From the NCBI RefSeq assembly GCF_020745735.1, contig NC_083409.1, positions 18,868,341-18,932,340 of the forward strand: DNA of 64,000 nt. Direction: 5' to 3'. Shown one piece after another: positions 1-12,229 of the stretch (its first letter is position 1; each line of letters begins with the position of its first letter). The notes below the pieces were generated by a model. The model was not told the DNA's origin. It did no database searches and was given only the letters and a program-made list of their open reading frames with translations. This DNA comes from Hemiscyllium ocellatum (taxonomy: Eukaryota). The position numbers were made by a program, and so were the translations under genes.

Positions 1-214
1 CACTCACCCTCTCGAGGGAGACTGAAGTTTCAGATTTTAATTCCTTTCACTGCTGGTGGTTGCGTATCACTTGCAGAGTTGAGAAGCAGCAAAAGTTGTC
101 ATCAATGTGAGAGCTTGGATGTTGTTTATACAAGACTATGTGGCCACTTTGTTCACACGGAAAAATCTAATTTTCTTTGCAATATTGATAATTAATTTCA
201 TTCCTCCCCATTAG

Positions 215-311
215 CAGCAACATGAAACTATCTCCAGGACTGCACAGAATGTTGTATCGGAGTATTTTGATGATGAGCAGATATGTCTGATAGTATCTGA
301 GTTGGCTCAAG
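215..311 (+). CDS. CEP350: Probable internal exon of CEP350-like gene (QQHETISRTAQNVVSEYFDDEQICLIVSELAQ)
   Basis: Pyrimidine tract + ttag acceptor at 211-214, open frame, caag|gt donor at 312. The phase-1 end joins the exon at 525 in frame (G+AC = Asp). No direct homology recognised. Confidence 0.5.
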
Positions 312-524
312 GTGCTTTTCATCAGTGACCTGTGCATACTTAACTTTCTCTGGTTAATTGTTTCTAACCTACTCCCCTTATGATACTGTTACATGCATCT
401 GAAGTAAAGAATATATTGAAAGGAGGATGAAGTTGTAAGACAGTCATACTGAATTGTGCATCTCACTTTAAGCACTGTTAATCCATTGCTGTATAAATGT
501 TCTAAGTATTGTTATTTTCTGTAG

Positions 525-727
525 ACACAGGCAGTGAGGAAGAATGTCCTGTGCCGCCTTGCTCCCAGCCCCACAGGGACAGTTCAGTTCCTGAGGAAGT
601 TAGAATTTCACCTGCTCAGTCACTGGAATCACCATCAGCAGCCCTTCGGCTGACCACCAGTCCTGACCATCCTATTTTCACGGATGGTGTTTATTCCCAG
701 GATTTTGTTGCAACACACAGTAAAATG
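525..727 (+). CDS. CEP350: Probable internal exon of CEP350-like gene (low-complexity S/P/E-rich linker)
   Basis: ttttctgtag acceptor, open frame (part of ORF 509..772), atg|gtaaaa donor in phase 0, compatible with the downstream phase-0 exons. Confidence 0.55.
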
Positions 728-839
728 GTAAAAGATGTTTTGCATTGTCTTTTTTACAAAAACTGTTTCTAATGAGTAAAGAATGTCATATAAGGCTGCA
801 GAGAATAGCAAATCCTTGGCTTTGCTCAAAATCAGTCCC

Positions 840-1120
840 AGGGAAACAGGAAGTGGAGAGAATGGGAAACAATATGGAGAGGGGGGTGGGAGATCTGAGG
901 GAATGGGAGTTCTGAGAATGAATGGAAAATATAAGTGTGGGGGGAATGGGAATTCTGAGTGGGGTTGGGAAACATGGGAGTGGGATCAAATGGAAATTCT
1001 GAGAGGGAATTTGAAACGGGAGTGGCAGAGAATGGGAATTCTGTGGGGGAATGAGAAATGTAATGTGGGAAAGAATAGGAATTTTGTGAAGGCATGGGAA
1101 ATATGTGCGGGCTCGGTGGA
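840..1120. repeat. Purine-rich low-complexity tract (GGGAAT-like units)
   Basis: Repeated ggga(a)t/gggaa words; explains the overlapping spurious ORFs at 783-1284. Confidence 0.6.
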
Positions 1121-1649
1121 TTAACAATGGGAAATCCAGGTGGGGGAGGGGGCTCTGGGTGGGCTGGTCCTCGGAGGGTTGATGTGGACTTAAAAGCCCA
1201 AATGACCTGCTCCGACACTTTACGGAATCTCTGATTATCTGTCTCTGTCCCACCTCCGTTCTTCCACTGCAGAAACCTCGTCAATGTCTGTCTTACTTCC
1301 AGACTTGATGATTGTATTATACTACTTGTTCTATTCCAGAAAGCTGATTGGTGAAGGATAATACCAGAACCAGTCTTTGCACCATTTAAATTAATTTATA
1401 TGATTATACATTGCAGGCAAGCTATTTGTATTCCTTTAATTAAATCTGTGAGAATTTCAATTTTAATTGCTCCATTCATGGAAAAGCCTTCAGTTACTAA
1501 GACAGTGACCTCTTTAATCCCCTCCCTGAACTTTACTTCTGTCTGTGTCACTTTCCTCCTACAAGACACTCGAACTGTATGACAGATTTCACATCTGCCC
1601 TTGGATCTCTGTGAGGCTCAGTATCATGTTTTATTCTATTTCTGTGAAG

Positions 1650-1724
1650 CTACTTGGTTTGTTTTATCATATGAAAGATTTGTTATCAATGCAAGTTTTT
1701 AAAGATAAAACAGGAAGAAAACAG
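1650..1724 (+). CDS. Possible small internal exon (LLGLFYHMKDLLSMQVFKDKTGRKQ); acceptor uncertain (1566 also possible)
   Basis: Strong cag|gtaact donor at 1725 in phase 0 and an open frame; weak acceptor; no homology recognised. Confidence 0.3.
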
Positions 1725-2502
1725 GTAACTGTGAAATAAAGCATCCGAGCAGATTTCAAAAGTGATGACTGTGCTTAAAAAAGCCTCAACTTTCAGATGT
1801 GGAGGTATGATGGGTGGGTACATGCACTTTTTAAAAAACATTTGACAACGTGTCATACATGAGATTAATTGGCAAGGAATTAAGGCAGGGATAGCAAACG
1901 GGATTTAAACAGATAGAAGGGTGGAAATATAGAAAAGGACTTGGGGAAGTTCCAGAGTGGTTCAAGAAAGTCGTGGTTTCTGGCTTTGCTTCTGGGGGCA
2001 CTTTTATTTCCGGTGTTCATTTCATAATTTGATTATGTGCTAAGAGCGTGTGGTGTTGAAATTCAAAGTATTGTAAAATAAGAAGAATGATGAGTGTTTT
2101 GGAAAAGTTAAGGAAGCTGTGAGGAGTTTTGAGAAGAAGCTTAAAAAGGAGTAGAAAGCTTTTGTTTTCACTCCATCAAGTAAATTTTGTATTGAGTTTG
2201 AGTACTCAGTCTTAAAAAATATACTGTTTAATGATCTGGATCTCACTCCATGTGGAAACCTTGACTTTCATTACATGGCTGAGAATAAATTGGAAATGAA
2301 TTCCAGCCTGTGTCTGATTTGTCAGACATATTCTGAGATATAAAACAAAGGTTGTCGTTTGTTTGTCTCCTGTTTTCATGCTTTGATTTCACAGTTTATT
2401 AAAACCATGTATTGTTCATTAATGTTTTGAAATGAATTCCATCATTTTTGTTCCTGACCTTCAGTATCTAGATTGACCAACAGTATGTGTACTTTGCAAC
2501 AG

Positions 2503-2742
2503 GGCAGCCCAGTGCAGGAGCCCCAGTCCCGAAAAGATGTGCCCCGAAAAATCCAAGGGGAAATTAACTTTGCTTTTGCTGAAGATGCAGTCGAGATTGT
2601 GACACTGGTTCATGGAGCGGCTGAGGAGCTGTACAAATGGCAGGAACTTGGCCATGATTTGGGGGATTTGCAAATACCCCCAGACTTCGGGAATTATAAA
2701 TGGAAGGATGATGAGAGTGTCAGCAGAAGAGCTTATTGTGAG
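2503..2742 (+). CDS. CEP350: CEP350-like exon (GSPVQEP...DDESVSRRAYCE)
   Basis: caacag acceptor, 240-nt open frame, gag|gtgaga donor. It splices in frame to the clearly CEP350-like exon at 4504. Confidence 0.8.
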
Positions 2743-4503
2743 GTGAGACCCAGATTTTGCATTTGAAAACAAAATTATTTTTTCTTTGTTAAGCAAGAAA
2801 CGTATGGGTTAAGAGTGCTCCATTGCAGCTCTGATTGATGATATGTATAACAGAGCATGTTAAAAACATTATCTCGATCCTGATGACTGCATTGAATTCA
2901 ATTTACCATTTTGCCCCTTCCCTAAAAATCCAAAGCCCCTTTCTCCTCCACTGTTTGTACTCTCCCATTATTAATTTATCATCATCATCATCATAATATT
3001 ATCCGTTAAATCCCATCTGTCATAACTTTGCCCAGTCTGAGAATCTGTAGATTCCGTTTCTATTTACATAATATATAGTGTCCCTTCCAGCCACTCAGTG
3101 TTTTTTTTTCAAATTCTTCTCTATCGTTTCTGTCTTTCTATTGCTGTTTCCATTGGTTGATAATACAATATTTGATTATTATTCACCTTCTTAAAACTCT
3201 CTAGAATCTTGATCTAGAAGCTAGAATCACAGGTCATTCCGTAACTTTCAGATAAAGAAAGCCTGAGAAGTTGAACTTCTCAATCTGTGATCATGTCTGT
3301 ACCTCTTTTCCTGATAACATCTTGAGAATTTGCACGATGTTGAGATTCCCAAAGTTGACCAAAGTATTCTAAGATCTTATGCAGCTTAACGTGGCTGTAA
3401 TTGTTTGTGTCTATGTGGCCTTTGCTCTCATCTGATTAGGATCTTACCATTTCAGGTGTAATTCCTTTTCTTATCCACACGATGTATTACTTCATCCCAC
3501 TCTTAACTTCAATTCCATCTTCCGGTAAATATTCTTCTGTAACTGTCACTGCAGTATAGTTCCATCTCTGTCCCTTCAACCCAAGTTGGAATCATTTGAT
3601 TCCTTTCTCTTAAATTCCCAAGTCAAGATTGTGTTTATTACGATAACAATTAAGGACGATCTGAGTATGGGCTCCTGTGGACCCCTTCCATTCTCCACAC
3701 CTTTCTTGTGTGAAATCTTTATTTTACCATGACCTGCATTTTCCCAACTACCTCTATTCACTTGACTGTGCTCCCCTTCATTTGAGGTGCCCCTGAGTTT
3801 TGCCTTTGGTCTTCTCAGAGGTAACTACTTGAAATACTTTCTGAAAATCCATGTAAACCATGTACACTTTTTTCCCACTAATCTGCTCCTTTACTAATAC
3901 AGCCTTGTCAAATCGCTTGCTAGTTCACAACCTGCTAATTAGAAATTCATGCTAATTGCTATTGTCTCTTTAACTGCTCGTCTTTCACTCCATGTTGTTA
4001 ACTCTTAATTTACCAACAAATGACACAAAACTAACTGATTGAGAAATTCCTGTTTTTCTTCTTATTGAATGAGGAGTTAGCTGCCCTCCAACCCTCTGGT
4101 CGAATTTTAGGAGGTAATAATTGGAGCCATGATAGTTTGTTTTCTATTTACAGCATGTCCCACAGATGTCATTCATTTTGTTTCAAAGATTTGCCTCCTT
4201 TTATGTTGTGGTGCCTTCCTTAGTATTATGTAGGTAATCTTGTCTAATACATCTGCACCTAGCCTTGGTAGTTCTGCAATCCTTTTAAACCCTTTCTCTC
4301 ATCTCTCTTTTGCCTTCTCTACTGGAATCAATGAAATTCTAAATTTATCCTTGATTCAGATCGTGAATCAAACAGTTGTTATTTTATATATTTTGAACAG
4401 TATTCCCTTTTATTTTCACTGTCGTGATCTAACAAGCTTTTTTTTGGGTGGAGAGGACGTATCTAATATAATATTTTCTTTGTTACTCTTTTACTACTTC
4501 CAG

Positions 4504-4650
4504 CTTATCTTTAATGTGACAAGGGAAATCTTTGCTGACATCTTTTCTGACGACCTCCGTGCCAGCCCAGCCCCGTGGATGAAGCCAAGCCGAATTAGCT
4601 CTTTGTTCTTCAAACGAGCGAGGAACCCACAGAATTTAAATGAAGTGAAG
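4504..4650 (+). CDS. CEP350: CEP350-like exon (LIFNVTREIFADIFSDD...WMKPSRISSLFFKRARNPQNLNEVK)
   Basis: ttccag acceptor, aag|gtaata donor. Resembles the recalled CEP350 C-terminal segment FDLT.EIF.EIF...WMKP.RI.S.YF.R..NP.NL.EIK. Confidence 0.92.
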
Positions 4651-5019
4651 GTAATAACTCCATGTAATCCTTTTTTCCTATTTGTCAGTAATAATGTGAC
4701 AAATGTGATGCTGGTTGGAGTTAAAGTATGTAGATTGAGTAAGTGAGTGACTCAACTTGTAAACAGTGGTCACTATCCTGACTTGGAAATCTGTCACTGC
4801 TTCTTGGAAGTCCCTCCCTAATGAGATTGTGGGTCTAGCTCAGCACCATCTTCTCAAAGACAACCAGGAAGGGGCAATAAGGGCTGGCCAGCCAGTGACA
4901 TCCACATTTCATGAATGAAAAAAAAAATTCCTCTATGCTCATTGAGTACCAAGGAACTCCATTTTAATTCTAAACTCCTCAATGACCATTTTTTAAATGA
5001 CTCAGAGGGTCTGGGCATC

Positions 5020-5700
5020 GCCGGCTGGCCAGCATTTATTGACCGATCCTAGTTGCTTTTGAGAACCTGGTAAGCTATCTTTTGTAACCACTGCCGTCCA
5101 TGAGCTGTAGGTAGACCCACAATGCCCTTCAGGAGGGAATTCCCAGAATTTGATACAGCAATCCTGAAGAAACAATTATATTTTTCGAAGTCAGAATGAT
5201 GAGTGGCTTGGAGGGGAACTTGCAGGTTGCGGTCTGCTGGTCGTGTCCTTCTTGATCTAAATGGTCACAGATTTGGGAGGATCTGGCTAAAGATCTCTGA
5301 ATTTCTGCAATGCATCTTGTAGTTTGTACACACTGCTGCTACTGAGTGGAGTGTGGTGGAGGGCATGGCTGCTTGCGGATGTGGTGCCAATCAAGTGGGC
5401 TCCTTTGCCTTGGATGTGGCGACCTTTTTGTGTGTTACTGGAGCTGCACTCATTCAGGCAAGTGGGGCGTATTCCATCAGACTCCTGACTTGTGCTTTGT
5501 ACTCGGTGGATTTGCTATGGGGAATTAGGAAGTGAGTTATACACCCCAGTATTCCAAGCCTCTGACCTGCCCTTGTAGCCCAAAGTATTTATATAATGAG
5601 TCCAAATGAGTTTCTGGTCCATGATAATCCCCATGATGTTCATTGTGGAAGATTCAGTGATGGTAATACCATTGAATGTCAAGGGCCATTGGTTAAATTG
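5020..5700 (-). mobile_element. 3' portion of a second CR1/L2-group LINE family (same family as 16090-16420 and 47700-49310)
   Basis: Shared sequence with those copies (e.g. gtaggtagacccacaatgc...ttccagaatttga, ggcttggaggggaactt). Confidence 0.6.
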
Positions 5701-5704
5701 TCTC

Positions 5705-6715
5705 TTAGAGTCGTAGAGATGGACAGCTCAGAAACAGACCCTTCGGTTCAACTTGTCCATACAGACCAGTTATCCGAGATAAAATCTAGTCCCATTTGCC
5801 AGCATTTGGTCCATTTCCTCTTTAACCCTTCCTATTCATATACACCACCAGATGCCTTTTAAATATCGCCATTATGCCAGCTGCCTCCACTTCCTCTGGC
5901 AACCCATTCCATGTACACACCACCCCCTGCATGAAACAGTAACCTGTTACGTACCTTTTAAATGTTTCCCTCTCACCTCTGCCCTCTATTTTTGGCATTG
6001 CCTGCACCAGGGAAAAGACTTGTCTATTTACCCTGTCCATACCACTCATAATTTTATAAATCTTTTCACAGCCGCCTCTCAGCCTCTGGTGCTCCAGGGA
6101 ATGTAACCCCAACCAATTCATTCTCTTCCTATACCAGAACCCCCCCACCCAGGCAACACCCTTGTAAATCTTTGCATAACCCTTTCAAGATTCACAACAT
6201 CCTTCCAAGAGCAGGGAGTCCAGAATTGCACAGAATATTCTAAAAGAGGCCTGATCAGTGTCTTATTCAGCTGCAACATGACCTCCCAACTCCTGTACTC
6301 AATGCTCTGACCAATAAAGGCAAACATACCAAACACCACCTTCACTATCCTGTTTACTTGTGACTCCACTTTCAAGGAACTATGAACCTGCACTCCAAGG
6401 TCTCTTTGCTCAGCAACACTCCCCAGGACTTTACCATTGAGTGTATAAGTCCTGCCCTTATTTGCCTTTCCAAAATGCAGCACCTCACATTTATGTAAAC
6501 TAAACTTCATCTGCCACTCCTCAGCCCATCTGAACAAGATCCTGTTGTATTCTGAACCTTCTTCACTGTCCACTGCACCTTCAATTTTGGTGTTATCTGC
6601 AAAATTACTAACCATACTATGTTCCATGTTCACATCCAAATCATTTATGTAATTGACGAAATGCAATGAACCCAGCACCGATCCTTGTGGCACACCACTG
6701 GTCACAGGCCTCCTA
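5705..6715 (-). mobile_element. CR1 LINE 3' fragment (decayed RT; HER1-like)
   Basis: ORF pieces GVPQGSVLG..F..YINDLD, FADNTK, WQMKF..KCEVLHFG; 3' tail similar to the HE1 SINE tail. Confidence 0.9.
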
Positions 6716-6959
6716 CTGGGAATGGTCATTGACTGGCAGTTTTGTTCCGAATATTATTTGCCTCTTGCCAGTCCAAACCTACATATTGTCCAGATCTTGT
6801 TGCCTTTGAACATAACTCCTCAGATATTGAAACAGTCTATGAATGGTACTGAATATTGTGCAACCATCCGCACTTCTGACCTTATGATGGAAGTAAGGTC
6901 AGGAACTGAGGATACCCATTTTATTTTGATCCTCGAGGAAGCTCATTTTACTCCAAACT

Positions 6960-7320
6960 GGAGACACAATGTAATAGCTCTGAGTGTTAGCTATGGCTCA
7001 GTGGCACTCTTCCTCAGTCAGCAGAGGGGATTAAGCAAACGCTGAAGTGAAGTCCTGGATGACAGTCCTGGTGCAGTACTGAAGTATTGTTTTCAAAGTG
7101 AGGCCCCATTTTCCACCTTGGGTGAGTTTTTTAAAAAAGATTTTTAGTGCTACTTTGAAGAGGAGTGAAGTTCTCCCTCATGGACCTGGTTAATCATGCG
7201 TCATTATGGCTAAACGTTTACCGAACCATTTCTCTAATTTGTGGGAACTTGCTGTGTGAAAGTTTGTTGCAGCTTTTGATGATATTATAATAGTGGCTGT
7301 ACTTCAAAGGTTGGGAACAA
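6960..7320 (+). mobile_element. Old DeuSINE (SacSINE1-like) remnant; similar remnants at about 7390-7550, 16640-16830, 24660-24780, 35480-35700 and 36400-36600
   Basis: Recognisable Deu-domain words (ctcagtggcactct, gttctccct...ttgtgggaacttgctgtg...tacttcaaa). Confidence 0.5.
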
Positions 7321-8439
7321 CATGGTACAAGTGAGATAAGTGATATGCTGTTTTTGACAATTTGAGGTTAAGGTGGGTGACTTGAGCATTGGTTACAAAG
7401 TATTGTCCAGCACGAAGACCAAGTTCTTTACTATTGCAACAATGCAACTTCTCTTTTCTTGTGGCACTGACATTGAAGTGTACACTGGATGACTCCTTCC
7501 AGTAGCGCAGACTTGCAACACTGCAATGTGAACTTTTTACCACAGTCTAAAGTCGACATCAACCTACTCATTGTCTGACTTCCCTTTGTGCACAGTTTGT
7601 GAAGTGTTGCACTTTGCCAGGGACTGAGAATGGGCATGTGTAAATCAGCTTTTCATCCACACAGCAAATTTGGAACTGTTCATTTCCTTTGCTTTGTCTT
7701 TATAACTCGACTCAAATGTAGCTTCAGTCTGAACTGTTTCACACACCAACATTTCTGTGCATGTTACTTGCCTTTGATGGTGTCAGCCGAGAAACCTATC
7801 AAAACCTTCCTGCCTGGAGCCATGTGAGGCAGTGGTCAGTGGCTAGGTCATATAGCTTTGAAGCACTCATCTGTTAAATTGAGAATGATTTGACCATCCT
7901 GAAATGCTGGGAGCGCTGTATGAATCCATGTCAGCCCCAATATTTATTGTGAGACTTCCCACAGCGCTGATCTTCAGTTGGCTGCCTACAGTCGATTAAA
8001 GGCAGAACATTTTTGGAATTTGACGAAGCAGAGGCTTCTTCGAAGATGCTGTAGGCAAAGTGCTGAACCATGTAATGAGTGAATAATTCATCATTTCTCA
8101 GCCGAGGTCTTAGGCAAAGGAACATTTCAAACCTTCTTTCAATTTGGGAGCATCGCATGTTACCTTAAAGTTGTATTGTCTGTGCTTTTGGATCTCACTA
8201 ATGTTATTCATTTCAGTTATAATTAAGTTTTAAAGCATTTAGCAGATTTTTGTTTCATTGAACATGCTTTGAGTTCCATCCAATTTTACATAATTCTGAA
8301 TGGGGGAAGAATCAGAAGGTCGAAGCATCAAAGTCTTTGTTGAGCAGTTTTAGGGAAGGATAATGGATTGGGAGTGGGTTTGTCTGTGTATTTAGGGTGT
8401 GTGCAACAGCTGCCATTTCTCCTGTGCTTCTACCCACAG

Positions 8440-8562
8440 ATCTTCATTTCTAATGAAGTTTTGAAGTTATTTGGGTTGAATGAAGAGCAACATCAGAAGA
8501 CGACTTGGCAGAAGTTGAAGAAATTTGGCACCAAACAACGTGATCGGGTGGACCATATTTTG
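8440..8562 (+). CDS. CEP350: CEP350-like penultimate exon (IFISNEVLKLF...WQKLKKFGTKQRDRVDHIL)
   Basis: cccacag acceptor, ttg|gtaggt donor; matches the CEP350 motif EVLKLF...WQK..KFG.K.RDRVDHIL. Confidence 0.93.
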
Positions 8563-8880
8563 GTAGGTGCTTCAGTTTAGGAACTGTTCAGTTTTATATT
8601 GTACCATTGTATCACAATTACAAAACCTCATTGTACATCTGAATTTTCTATTATTTTAAATGACAAAGGCTTTATCTGTCTTTGGCTGACCTGTCTGGCT
8701 ATCCTGCATTTGTCCACAAAATGCTTCAACTTTCTGACTGAATTGAAAACTTGGCCCTCACTGGAGTAATTTGCTGAAATTCATTAGTTGCCACAAAAGT
8801 TTCAAAGAAATTCAGAAGTACATTGAATTCCTCACTCACCTAATGAAAGCAAATTACTGCAGATGCAGGAATCTGAAACC

Positions 8881-9024
8881 AAAAGAGAAAATGCTGGAAA
8901 ATCTCAGTAGGTCTGGCAGCATCTGTAAGGAGAGAAAAGAGTCAGTTAGACTCGAAATGTCAGCTCTTTTCTCTCCTTACAGATGCTGCCAGACCTGCTG
9001 AGGTTGTCCAGCATTTTCTCTTTT
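8881..9024. repeat. Foldback element: 61-bp inverted arms (8881-8941 / 8964-9024), Penelope-terminal-repeat-like
   Basis: Arms are directly complementary with few mismatches; related to 49315-49449 and 31369-31570. Confidence 0.85.
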
Positions 9025-11208
9025 AGTTCCTCACTTACCTGTCTTTTAGACCCAGTTTTACAGAAAGTACAGGTCAGGGTTCTTTGCTTAACAAGAGTTA
9101 CAGTTTGTTACCAAAAAATGCAAATAATTACCAACCACTGGCATATAACTACTAACTAAAACTAACAACCCCTCCCACATGCATTCCTCATTACACATAC
9201 ACAGATAGAAAAACAGGGACAAAGTGCACTGGGTGTTTTGCATAAAGAGAAAGACTGGGAACGTACTTCCATGGTACCTATTGATGGCTTTTCTTGAGAT
9301 AATCCTTGTGCTGATCAGAATGCTGTTCCTTGATCTTCCTTCTCCAGATGCTTCCATTGGTTTTCAGGAGGCACAGGGTGACTAGTTCACACGTGAACAA
9401 GTCTGTAACTTATCAATTAATAGCCACAGCTTACAGCAAGTGCTGAAGGGAAAAGAAGCTGGTTTTCTTCAGACTTTTCACTGCGGAGACAGATCCTCAA
9501 CTTGTGGAGATCTGGTGATTTCTCAATTCACTTGTATACAGCTCCAGCTGATCAGCTACCTGGGAGCCAATCTCCGTTTTTGTCCGAAGGATATTTGTCT
9601 GTGGCCTAGTGACTAGTTAGCTACTTACTATTGACTGAAGCTCCCATTGAACACAGCCCTTGGCTGGAGCTTGTTTGAAAGTGAGTAGCACTTAGTGCGT
9701 GTCAGGGAACTTGCTAATGAAAAGTGCCAGCAATCCCTGAACAATTCTTGGGTTTTAAAATTGCTTTATCCCCATTTGAGTCCAAAATCAAAAGTATAGA
9801 AAAATTAGAAGACAGTTTTTGCAGACCTTTCCAGTCCTCCCCATGTGTTGGTGTGTCACAGCACAACATGTGTCAGCAGATTGATGTGTTTAACAGGTCT
9901 GTAAGAACACTGTTATCTTCAGGCCACACCACCACCTTGACTTGGTCAGATATCACCTTTCCTTTTATATTTACATGGTTAATCTCCTGGAATCCCTGAG
10001 CTTGCAGTGCTGTGGGAGTACCTTCAACACGCAGGCTGCAGCACTTCAAGATAAATATCTTTCCAAAGAGAAATGGGGTGGCGGGGGGGGGTGCAACATG
10101 CATCCCAACACTGAAGTTTTAAAAAGTTGGGTGCTTGGTATGCCAAAAATTTCAAATCATTGCTTTTTTTCCCTCTTTGGATCAAACATTTCCAGCTGAT
10201 AGTGTGCGTCCATTAGGCAAGGGTTGGAAGTCTCTGCTCTGCACCAGCTCAAGTAGTGATACCGTCAGGCCACAGCTACACCAGGGCAGAGGGCCAGCCT
10301 AAAGTTAAAACGTGTAATTCAGTTACACTCACCAGCTCTTTCCTTGTGGTGGGTATTCCTTTCTGGTTGTGCGTACTGAGTAAAACATCTCCACTCGTTC
10401 ATTATGTTATTGGCAATATTGGTGATTGATCTCACTGGTTTGAGGAGTTGTGGCATTGGAATCAAATTCAAAACCAGGTAGGAACAGGATTAAGCCAGCA
10501 GCACCCTTCAGTCTGTTCTCATACTCCTAATCATAGCTGATTTGTATCTAACTCTGTATATTGATCTCCTAATTGTTTCAAACTGTTACTTGACCTTACA
10601 AATATCTCTCAACACTCGTATTGAAATGCTCTAACAGTCACAATAGTTTTTAAGGCTGGAAGGAACCAGATTATTTTAGTAGTGTTTGTGTGACAAAAGG
10701 CTTCTTCACATCACCCCCCTAATTAACCTAAGTCTTATTTTCCTGCATGCCCTATTTCTGGCATGCCTCGCTAAAGGAACTAGTTTCTCACTTCCTTCGC
10801 TGTCAAATCGTTTAATCATCTCAGTCACTTCTATAGATCCATCCCCCAGTCATCTTTACTCAAGAGAATGCAGGCCTCGTTTATCAAATAAAAGTAAAAA
10901 ATGCTGGAAATATTCAGGTATAGACCTAATTTATGTAGCCAGTCCTTAACCTTCTCAGACTTGGTATTGTTTTGTACAAGAATAACTAGTGACTCTCCAT
11001 TGATCTCGCAGCGAGCCCTCCAGAACTCCTGTCTAAGCTCCACTTGCTGTGTGGGAATGGCCACTTGTGTGATACTGGGCACAAGGAAAGTGGGAGGCCT
11101 GCAGTCTGAGTGATTTCAGGGCAAACGCTGCTCAGTACGAGAGGAAAGAGCTGTAACAAATAAATCATGATATAAAAACAATAACACCCCCTCTGTTTTT
11201 TCTGGCAG

Positions 11209-11373
11209 GTTCAAGAGCTTTATGAGGAGGAAGCCCAATGGGTGAATTATGATGAGGATGAGCTTTGTGTGAAGATGCAGTTGGCAGATTATATTTTTGA
11301 AGTTCTGATAAAAGACACAATAAATGTACTGAATCAGATTCAGGGGCAACAGTTAAAACTCATGTTATCCTAA
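11209..11373 (+). CDS. CEP350: CEP350-like terminal coding exon (VQELYEEEAQWVNYDEDELCVKMQLADYIFEVLIKDTINVLNQIQ...*), DUF4378-type C-terminus
   Basis: tttttctggcag acceptor; near-identical to the recalled CEP350 C-terminus VQELHEEEAQWVNYDEDELCVKMQLADGIFETLIKDT; TAA at 11371-11373. Confidence 0.95.
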   Translation, partial: VQELYEEEAQWVNYDEDELCVKMQLADYIFEVLIKDTINVLNQIQGQQLKLMLS

Positions 11374-12039
11374 CATGGGCCATGCCATCGGCCAACTTGT
11401 GGACTCCAGAAGAAAACCAATCCTCATGCCCCGAGCGGAAGAGAATCCACCTCGGCCTCTAAACTCCTCTCTCTGATTGAGTTTTGACATCTGGCATAGA
11501 ATTTCCTCAATAAGTAGGTGGTTTGGGATATCGATCCTAACTGGAGTCAGCCGACTGGCAGGATGTGGATACCAAAAGTGCCAACTTTTCTCCTGTCTTA
11601 CTTATATACAACCCGATCCCATTTATTTATCCAAACCGTAGCATGGACTTGAATTCAAAAAAGATTGCACATTTAATTTTGTTTTTGTATTTACACCTAC
11701 GTTTACCTTTTTAAAAAGTATATCTAGTGGTGCGATGATATGTGTTTGGTGTATGTTAGCTCTGAGACTCTGAACAATGGCTGATACCAGACACTGAATA
11801 CTCCCTCTGAGTGAGGAGGACTATATCTGCATGACTGAAGTGGAAGGCAGAAGTATTGAGGATTTTAAATACTTGCACTTACTTCATTATAAGTCTTGAT
11901 TTTATTTTTTGGTTTAAATTATTTCAGAAAGGACAATTGATTTTTATTCATGTAAATGGACTGTATTTGTGATTTTCAGGAAAATGTTGAAAACTTTGAG
12001 CAGCTTTTGAGATCACTTGCACTAATTCAGAACTTCTCC

Positions 12040-12135
12040 AGAACTCTCTCTCTCTCTCTCTCTCTCTCATTCAGAACTCTCTCTCTCTCCCCTTCAGAAC
12101 TCACTCTCTTTTGCTCTCTCTCTCTCTCTCCATAC
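12040..12135. repeat. (TC)n microsatellite tract
   Basis: Direct inspection. Confidence 0.8.
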
Positions 12136-12229
12136 TACAGGAATCTCTTTTTCTCCCTCCTTTCTCACCACTCCTGATCATTTCTATTGCATGGTGCTTC
12201 TGTCTGTTAATTTTCTCGAATGTTCCTCT

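Noticed and set aside
783-1284. Three overlapping ORFs of 113-155 aa
   Set aside because: They arise from a purine-rich low-complexity tract and a SINE tail inside an intron
9118-9125. Perfect octamer ATGCAAAT
   Set aside because: Isolated 8-mer in a CEP350 intron about 23 kb from the Ig cluster; expected by chance in 64 kb
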